Of a stretch of DNA of 64,000 nt, positions 54,933 through 64,000 are shown one piece after another (the stretch's first letter is position 1; each line of letters begins with the position of its first letter). The stretch covers positions 3,348,001 through 3,412,000 of the forward strand of contig OZ287067.1 in the NCBI GenBank assembly GCA_965645245.1. Direction: 5' to 3'. Position numbers and translations under genes: made by a program. The notes below the pieces were generated by a model that worked only from the letters and a program-made list of their open reading frames with translations, had not been told where the DNA came from and searched no databases. Origin of the DNA: Massalongia carnosa (taxonomy: Eukaryota).

Positions 54933-56099
54933 TCATTTACTCCGCTTGTAGATCTTGCCCAAAAAGCTCTCGAACACGGCCTTCTTTAGCCCCTGCCCCT
55001 CGTCCACGTTGGCGATCATCTGCTTCAGCTCCCCTACGCGCTTCTCCTCGTAGGCCTTGTAGACGTCGTCCAGCTTTAGCTGCGCGAACACCTCCTTCAC
55101 TCGCGCCTCCTTGCTGGCGTCCTTGCGGCCGTAGCACTCGTCCAGCACAGCGCGTTGCGCGGGCGAGGCGCGCTCGAGCGCTTGGTTGACGACCCACGAG
55201 CACTTGTTGTCTTGAATGTCGGTGCCGATCTTGCCGATCGTCTCGGGGGCGCCGTACGCATCGAGGAAGTCGTCTTGCACCTGGAAGTACTCGCCCAGGG
55301 GGATGAGAATGTCGCGGGCCTGGCGCAAGTTCGAGTCGGTGGCAAGTTGGAGGTAGTGCAACGCGAGAGCAACGGGCAGGTAGAAGCTATAGAAGGCGGT
55401 CTTGTAGATGACGATAAAGGAGTGCTTGTCACTGGAGAAGAGGCTCAGGTCAACGTGATCCTCGGGGGACGTAATCAGGTCGCACAGCTGCCCAATCTCC
55501 GTCTGGAAGGTGGTGGTGTGGAAAAGTTCCATCAAGTGCCCGTAGGCTGGGTGGGTACGAAAGTGTTGCGCTAGCAGGATGTAGATGGACGATTCTAGCA
55601 TGAAAGCATCGTTGATGGCGATCATGCCCACGTGCGGGCGGCGGAACCAGCACGCTTGTCCGCGTCGCGTGTGCGACGAGTCCATAATGTCATCCGAGAC
55701 GAGGAAGAAGGCTTGCAGAAGCTCCGTCAGCCAGCCCAGGGTGGCGGATTGGTGGTACTCTTCTGGGGTGAGGGGGCGGTCAAGGAGGATGGCAGTAGTG
55801 TCCACGACGGACATGCCGCGGTTGCATTTGCCGCCGGTGGTATTTACTTTTAGGGACTAAAAGGTGGGGCGAAAGAAGATATTAGCCGTGGGTTAGATGG
55901 ATAGCTACAACAGGAGTGGGACTGCTATTGAGTGGTGGTATAGGGGTTTTTGAAAGCTTCAGGGCTGGCGGAGAAGGAGCACCTCTTGGTACCATTTGAG
56001 AGCGTTTTCAGGCAGGTTGTACTGTTTCGCATGCTCGCTGAGATCTTCGACAAGTTTGGGGAAAACACTCTCAAACTGTTGCAAGGAATTGGACGACAT
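54933..56099 (-). CDS. ERG20: Farnesyl pyrophosphate synthase, 2 exons
   Basis: GGKCNRG, FARM ([10 protein letters not shown]), SARM (FQVQDDFLD) and [13 protein letters not shown]. First exon [16 protein letters not shown]...WYQE. Confidence 0.95.
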
Positions 56100-56184
56100 G
56101 ATGGTTTCGATTGATTTATGGTTCGGGCAACGGTCAGCAGATGAAGTTTAAGTACTCCGTATGAAGGGCATTATAACCAACTTT

Positions 56185-56280
56185 GTACCCGTACCCGGAT
56201 ATTACCCGGGTAAGTACGGGTACGAGTTTTTATGCCCGGGTTACGGGTATCAATTTTCGAGTATCCGGGTAATCGTCGGC
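56185..56280. repeat. Cluster of ACCCG/CGGGT palindromic motifs (possible transposon subterminal relic)
   Basis: GTACCCGTAC...GTACGGGTAC inverted pair and several further ACCCG/CGGGT copies within about 100 bp. Confidence 0.55.
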
Positions 56281-56456
56281 TAGTCTCTCGCTTAATCCTC
56301 TCCCTGCAAGAAGCATTCGCTTCTAGTCGGGAGTCTGCCCGTCGGTTTAACCCGATCGCTTATTTTCTAGCTTCGAAACATCGAAAATCAAACAGTCTAC
56401 CAACTGCATCTGCATGTGCACCATCACCTACCGATTACCTGAAATTCGTAACTCAC

Positions 56457-56879
56457 TGAATTATAGACCTCGGTCAGCGCATTCAAATGATGCAAAAACA
56501 TCGAAAATCGAATCGCTTTTGATGAAGTTATGATGATTGAAACGTCAAAAGATCGAAAATATTGCGCCTGAAGGGGGGGCGGAAGTTGCTCGAAAATCAG
56601 ATGATACTTCTCCCTCACCTGCCTCACTGTCATCATATAGTGACTACCGCTTGCTCATAATTTGACAGCTGATGGAGGTCACTCAGCGGACTCGAATGAT
56701 GCAGAAATGGGCGAAAACGAAGCGGTGGGGCAAAAGTTCTGATGTTTCAAGGTTGCCTCTTTCCAACGGTCGCAATTTGACAGACCTTTTTCACTTTAAA
56801 CCATCAGAACTTTGGCAAAAGCGATTCGATTTTCGATGGTTTGCATCATTTGAATGCGCCGACCGAGGTATATAATTCA
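56457..56879. mobile_element. MITE-like element with long terminal inverted repeats
   Basis: TGAATTATAGACCTCGGTCAGCGCATTCAAATGATGCAAAAACATCGAAAATCGAATCGCTTTT nearly matches the reverse complement of 56817-56879, and weaker inverted similarity continues about 50 bp inward. No coding capacity; no clear TSD. Confidence 0.78.
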
Positions 56880-57495
56880 TTTAATTATGCATTTCAGAAA
56901 GTCAATAGATGATGGTGCAGGTGGGTGCAGGTGCAGGTGATGGACTGTTTGATTTTCGAAGATATTCTCTTATCTCTTCTAGCGTCATGTCCTAAAAACG
57001 TCCTACGGCGAGTTAGGTTAAGTTCCTGCGTGATTTGACAAACTAAAATCAAGGGAATACACACAATACGCGGAAATGTTCCGTTTTCCATTTTTAACAC
57101 TTTAGGCGTTTTAAACCATTTTGAAATTTAAGCAGATTCAAAAACGAAGCTAATCACAAGTACAGAGAATGATAATCAGCGCGCATAGCGCCTGGGCCGT
57201 TCCACAACGCGCATAGTTACTTATCGCGTTGTTGCTCGCCTTTGAATAGCCATGCTCCAAAAAATACAAATACAAATAGAAACTAGAATACAACCCGCAG
57301 GTCTTATATGGCCGCTTGATACAGTCTGCGAGATCGAGGGCTGTACTGTATCCATTTCTCCGATTTCCTAACCTTCTAGAGCGTTAGACTTGTCCCTGTT
57401 AACAACTTTAATAAACCGTCCATTATTGATCGTACATCTTTCAAGGCTTAGTCTTAAATCTCAGAGGTGCAAATAGCGCGCCCTTAATATCTGTC

Positions 57496-59613
57496 ATGTC
57501 GGGGTTTGAAAGGAAGCATGCCGAGCACATTCGGCTCGTCTTCCAGGATGCTGCTCTGAGGTGTTCTGAACGCTGTCTATATCAATCTGCAAAATGGTAT
57601 GTAAAACTCTCGGTATCGGTTGCTTCCTCGCGGTCTAAGTTTCATTTCGTCAGGGCAGCAGAGCTGTCAACCTCGCTTCCTTCAACAGGGGATTTCACGT
57701 CAAGCCCAGACACGGATTCGGATTTACCCATGCGAGATGCAGAGCAACCAAATTCATCAATTCTATCTGTCTTGTCATCCAATCCCGAGCCGAGTGAAGC
57801 GGGTCTGGAGGCACGCGAGGCGTCTAAATATCTTCTTGCCAAGTCTTACTTTGACTGTCGCGAATACGATCGTTGCGCTGCCGTTTTTCTTCCATCTAAT
57901 ATCTCTCGAGAACCCTTAGCCCCAACCTCTCCAACTGCTGCAACAAGAACCTCAAGCAAAGTAAGTGAAGGAAAGGCCAAAGAATCAGGCCCCACAGCCG
58001 CACCTCTGCCATCTCGAAATGTCTTACCGCAGATGAGCCAAAAATCCTTATTTCTGGCACTGTATGCAAAATACATGTCAGGGGAAAAGCGGAAGGATGA
58101 AGACTGCGAAATGATCCTTGGACCGGCGGATGAGGGATCAACGATGAACAAAGAACTTGTGGGGTTGGGACGGACCCTGGAAGCATGGTTCGTGGATCAT
58201 GAAGCTAAAGGCCAGGACAGTCAAGGCTGGCTGGAATATCTCTATGGTCTTGTTCTTATCAAGGGGAAATCAGAGGAGGAAGGAAAGAAATGGCTGATTA
58301 GAAGCGTTCGTCGATACAGTTACAATTGGGGTGCATGGCTTGAGCTGAGCGAGTTAATAGGCAGTATCGAAGAGGTTTGTTGTCTCTTCAGGCCTATAGG
58401 CATTAACTGATTCGCTACAGCTGCAAACCGTAGCTTCAGAACTGCCTCGAAATATTATGACTTTGATTTTCCACCTCTATACCCGCCAGGAGTTGTATCA
58501 GACAATGAAGCTACTCCATCGCGATCTAACAGATCTTGAGCGGATCTTCCCTAGTAGTTTGTTCTTAAAGACTCAGAGAGCCATGTTGTTTTACCACTCA
58601 AAAGGTAGTAGCTTAATCAAACCTCATGGAAATACATTAACCGCAAATTAGACTTCGAGGCGGCAGAATCAACCTTCTCGGAGATCATGCACACAGATCC
58701 ACATCGTATCGACTCCCTCGACCATTATTCCAACATCCTCTTTGTCCTAGGTGCAAGACCCAAGCTAGCATTCCTAGCTCAAGTAGCAACAGCGACAGAT
58801 AAATTTCGACCCGAAACTTGTTGTGTGGTTGGAAATTACTACTCCTTGAAATCCGAACACGAAAAAGCCGTCATGTATTTTCGCCGTGCTTTAACTCTGG
58901 ACCGAAGCTTTTTGGCCGCCTGGACGCTCATGGGTCACGAGTACGTGGAAATGAAAAACACGCATGCGGCCATCGAAAGCTACCGTCGCGCCGTGGACGT
59001 CAACCGCAAAGACTACCGCGCATGGTACGGCCTTGGGCAAACGTACGAAATGCTCGACATGCACCTCTACGCGCTCTTTTATTACCAGCGCGCCGCAAGT
59101 TTGCAGTCGTACAACGCGAAAATGTGGCAAGCGGTGGCGCATTGCTACGACAGGATCGACCGGCCAGCGCAGAGCATCAAGGCTTTCAAGCGCGCCCTGC
59201 TCGTGGGCACGTATGACGATGGGGGCAGCTCGTTCGGATCCGCTGGCCAGGGCGCGGAACCTCCGAGCGGGATCCTCGACCCGGAAATACTTTATCAGAT
59301 CGCGCTTATTTACGAGAAACTCAACGACTTGGACGAAGCGGCGTCCTACATGGAGCTGACACTGGCGCAGGAAGAGGGCCCTGGAAACGACGACGATGAT
59401 GCCGACGACGACAACCGACGAGGCTCCGGCGTGGGCGTCACGCTCACCACGTCCAGGGCGCGAATGTGGCTTGCGCGGTGGGAGTTTTCCCGCGGCGGAC
59501 TGGCGCGCGCAATGGAGCTGGCGAACGAGCTATGTCAAGATGGCAAAGAGGTGGAGGAGGCGAAAGCGCTGATCCGGGATCTGAGGGCGCGGATGGAGAG
59601 CGACAGAGCCTAG
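57496..59613 (+). CDS. CDC23: Anaphase-promoting complex subunit Cdc23/Apc8 (TPR), multi-exon
   Basis: [53 protein letters not shown] and [24 protein letters not shown] motifs. Confidence 0.95.
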
Positions 59614-60828
59614 ACGAGCGGCGGGGCATGGAGAGATGGGTGGACGAGACTTGTCTCGAACTCACGTAAAGGAATTATATGGATCGGGGAACTTTTTTTT
59701 TTTAAAACATTCGAAGAAGGTCGCACAAACCAGAGCGGATATCATTGCATTGCATTGCCTGTCAAATTCAAAGCACCTATCCCCATCCCCCAAATCGGCT
59801 TGCCCCATCAATCGCCCTCTCTATATTCTTAGCCCCCATGACCCCCCCCCCCTTCCCCCATCATCTCCAACCAAGAAAACTCGTTTCGGCTAGCCATGTA
59901 GACACCGCGAAATATATACATACTTTATGTAAGTAAGTGGTGGATAGGTTCGGGAATAGACAAGCGACGGAACCGCATCTTGCCTACGGAAGAATCCCCG
60001 TATTAATGCATAACTACATGTTAGCGAACACTTCCGCTCCCCGCCATCGGAACTGGAAGCTCTTTTTTTTTTTCTTTTCCCACGCCTTATATACCCCTCA
60101 GGAATATGGGACGTGGACATGATGAATATGAATGAACCTGGACATCCCCGCGGGGGGGGGGGGCTTTTTTTTTTAGTTGAACTTCAACTTGGGAATTGCT
60201 ACACTATTGTTGTTGTCGCACGATACAGAGTAACTATTAAGCTGTTGTGTAGCTATGTAGGTATTATATAATAATGTAGCAGGGAAAAGTAATCACCCCC
60301 CCCCCCCCCTTCCCTGGCTAAGTGGTCATTTATGTACACCCCACTCATCCCACTCCAGCCTCTCTGGTTGATGCTAACTACCTTCTCTTCTCGGGGAGAA
60401 GAAGGGGAGGGGGGTTCTTACGGTATTGTTTCGTTTCGTTCAGCTCGTCTGCGAAACAAGAACGGTACACGTCTCGGGGTGGTGGCTCGGTTTCATGATG
60501 CTACGACGGGGGGGTTTAGAAGGGTGGAGACCTAAACTCTGAAATATTTGGGTGGTGGAAAGTTATGGTTCCGATAACCCCTGGGGGCGGTATGGAGGGG
60601 GAGGGGGGGTGATTGTTAAAGTAGTATAGTAAAGGGTGGTACTCCGCAGCGATAGCGGTTCCCTTGAATGATATCTCTTATCTAAACTATCAAGAGGAAA
60701 CGACATCTTGACAGTGCAAGTATGAACAATTCATCCGGTTTTTGATGTGACCAACGAGTTTCAGCATACAGCATCTATTATCGAGCACCTCTCCGACAAC
60801 TCTGGCCACGGCAAGCTATACTTTCACA

Positions 60829-62599
60829 TCACACGGACTTTCCAACATCAATACAATATAATCTTTTTCTCAACGTATTTGGCTCCCATTCGCAAACCTT
60901 GAATTCCAGTGGTAATAGCTGCGCCGTTTCATCCCCTTGGGGTTTTTGTAAGTTGGAAGGATCGCTTTCTTTGCCCTTAGCGACCTTATATAGTTCTATA
61001 TGCTTATGCTTGGTAATCGTATATTGATTTTTAGGCTCGTAAATCTTTTCCAAATCAAGCCCCATCCGTTCCAACACCGAGGTATGGAATATTGCATTGG
61101 AAGGAAGGTCTCGTGTACCGCCCTTGTTCAGCGGAAACCAAACATGTGTCCATTTGCCCTCTTCCAGTTCCCACCGCTTGATGAAGGGGAAGTATTCTAT
61201 TCAAGAGGCAGGGGAGAGCATGGTCAGCAAGCTCTATTACCGCCAGAAGGTGGAGCCATGTGCGGCCACAAGGCTGCAAGGCAAGACGCTCACCTAGAAA
61301 GTTCCAGAATAACACTTTCAGCCAAGACGTTCCTCCACCGAATGACAAGGTATCGTGTATTTGAGAGCTGATCGCCTTCTCCCGGTGATCTTCGAACCGC
61401 TTCAAGTAATCGTCCTTGCTTGTGCCCCACTTCAATTGGTCGTCTAGTTCCTCAAGCTCGTTGATCATCCATTTGAGTGCGATGTCGCTGAGCTGGAACG
61501 CATCATTTTTTTTATCCGTAGGTTTGTGGTCCAGTTGAGGTACAGAGTTGGCGTCCAGCGAGGGAGGAACGGCCGGCCAGCCCCCTCCAACGTCGCCATG
61601 ATTACCGGGAAACCAAACCTCCTTGATGTCTTCTTCGCCTTTGGCTTTATGCGTATGTTGGGCTGGAATTGTGTCTTCGTCTTTGGCTTTATGCATATAT
61701 TGGGCTAGATCTGGGTCTTGGGCTAGAAGTGCGGCCTTGAATTTAACTCGGCGCTCGTCGATGGCGACAGCATGCCGCACGATCTTGGCTGTCCCTGAGA
61801 GACTGGGCAGGACGGCTGTCTTTGTTAACGGCACGTCAAAGGTAGAGACCGAGCTCACGGTGTCGAAGAGACCGAGGAAATGAACCTTCGTACCAGATTC
61901 ATCGTCATGACCGCCTTGTTCGTCGTGCTCGTGTCGGCAAAATGCCTCCCTGAAGTTGCGGATGTAGAGTGCCATGTCCATCGGTCGGCCATCTTCTCCT
62001 AGCTTTTCATGGTTCATCTCATAGTCTTGATAAACCTTATATGCAAATGGAACCATCTCTTCGTTCCCCATGGAAAGCAGTCCCACTTTCCCAACCATCC
62101 GGGCAAGGAAGCGTGCGGTGAAGGCGCCTCGGGAGAAACCAAAGATATAAATGCGATCCCCGGGGGTATAATAGCGCATCAAGAAACGGTAGCCGGCAAT
62201 GACGTGAGAGTCGAATGTCGACCCAACACCCTGGTCTACTGTTTTGGAGATTGAGCGTTTCAATTTTCCCCACCAATTCGCATTGATGGAGGCTCCATCA
62301 TTAGTGTACGTGCCAATGCCCGCTATTGACTCGGATGGTATTAGTGACAGTGTTCTAGACCTTTGGATTGCTAGGCATTATGTACGTTGGTAGTAGTGCA
62401 TCTGATGAAGGTCACATCGGTCGAACATGTTGTAGAGCTTGACAATGTTCGTATCGGTGGTATTGCCAGCGAACTCGTTTCCAGTGCCATCGAAGCAAAG
62501 GATGAGCCTTTTAGATATCTGCTTTGGCTGATTCCCGTCGATGCCGTGAGGATGTTCGTCTTGGTGCTTGGGGATACCATGGCCTGTCCATCCTGACAT
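60829..62599 (-). CDS. DUF2235 / Tle1-like alpha/beta-hydrolase domain protein, 3 exons
   Basis: RLILCFDGTGN, GIGT, IFGFSRGA (GxSxG nucleophile), FLGLFDTV, HAVAIDERR and EVWFPGNHGDVGGG motifs. Confidence 0.88.
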
Positions 62600-64000
62600 A
62601 TTGGCGATTGTTTTGTGAGGGTAGAAGTGGAGATGAGCAGCTGAACGCAAAGGCTTAAACAAGCAGAATAAACGGCGATATTGGAACGAAGTGGAATGCA
62701 CCCTATGAATGGTCGTCGAGATATGTAGATTGACAACTGCGAAAACCGAGGCTCTCGAACCGATCATGAGCGCAATTAACGGTACAAGGAACGAAGGAAG
62801 ATATGGTGCTGTTGATATAGTTTAAATCATCGCCGAGACCTCGGAGCTGGGCTACGTTCTTGGAAGGCTATGGCTTGCGGGTGGCTGGCTGATGGCACCG
62901 TATTGAGCGGAGCCGAAGCATGGTTGTGGGAATCTGAAAGGGCGGCTAACCTCGAAAGACATTGCTGATCGCGTTGATCTGCGAATTAAGATGAAGCTCA
63001 TCACCTTTCAGCTGCCTATGTCGCCTCGATTCGATATCTGTTTTTGTATCAATTGACCTATCTATCTTGTAGCACCCCTGATCGTTTAGGAAGTAGTGTC
63101 GCCAAAGGGTAATTCTAAGCAGGGTCATGGTATTCCGGAAATATTTCCCACAAGGTTTTCTGGAGGGATTAATCAAGAAACCCATTTTGGCACGCGGTCG
63201 TTCTCCTACAGTAGACTTGATGTTATACCTAAACAGGTCGACAATCTCGGTACTGCCCGTCACAAGGTCCATCTCAGTAGTTGGCACGGCGTCGGTTCAC
63301 GCCATGTATGTTGTGTTTGATGTATTTGTTGCCTCCGTTTGCCTCTTAAAGGCTGTGTGTGTATTCTGTATCCTCCAAAGCAAAGACCGGGTTTCTGTTG
63401 CAGCGACATCACTCCCTCCGTTGAAATATCCGAATCCAGCTTAAAGGGAAGGCGTGGCGTTCGAGGTAGTGAAGCGTGACGCTCGGGATGCATTAGGCAG
63501 TTTTTAGCAACATGGTAGTTTGCAGATGAGGCTTATTGATATGCAGGGGAAATCGCGAGCAGATATATTTTTCAACTAATTCGCACCTATTATTTTTCTA
63601 TACCTTCTTAAGACGCTGTATATTTCATTTCATCCATCTTTTCCTTCCCGTCTTGTACTACCACATCTCCCTAGCCCCCCTATTCTTTTCTCTTCCTTCC
63701 CCCTTTCCATCACATCTCGCTTTAAATCCCATCAAGAAAAGACGGAAGGGGGAACGAGCGGTTTCGAGACCCAGATCCCCTCCCGCATAGGGTTGCATAA
63801 TTGGACGACTTTTGTCTGCACTATCACCGACAGGTTGCCTACCTAACTTGTATGTGCTGTAACTAGCTAACTAGCGTGACGCCGCCACACGGGGAGGAAG
63901 GTGGCTAAATGGCCCTCGGACACTACTTACCTGCCTACCAACATATGTAGATAGGGAAACCCATACGAAAGGGAAGACGGAAGGAGAGGGAGAACAGAAA

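Noticed and set aside
62946..63493. Short ORFs upstream of the DUF2235 gene
   Set aside because: No recognisable domain or coherent gene model; may be a degraded relic.

Overview
Eukaryotic, intron-containing DNA from a filamentous ascomycete (Pezizomycotina-type short GT-AG introns with CTAAC/CTGAC branch sites; a lichen-forming lineage is possible but not demonstrable). Housekeeping genes: ribokinase, VPS1, VMA1 (no intein), a GID7/WDR26-like WD40 protein, glycogen synthase, VPS54, FPP synthase (ERG20) and CDC23. Also present are a secreted A1 aspartic protease, a SnoaL/NTF2-like protein, an 8-cysteine hydrophobin-like secreted protein and a DUF2235/Tle1-like hydrolase. An accessory interval (~20-44 kb) holds pseudogenes, a MITE and orphan genes. 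Its best candidate novel system is an intact, co-oriented three-gene cassette (29.5-36.2 kb, minus strand): small ~100-120 aa protein -> CorA-like two-TM protein lacking the GMN motif -> atypical Ser/Thr kinase fused to a vWA/MIDAS domain. A perfect 15-bp inverted repeat lies just upstream of the cassette. Exon structures were derived by hand and family assignments come from motif recognition, not database searches.
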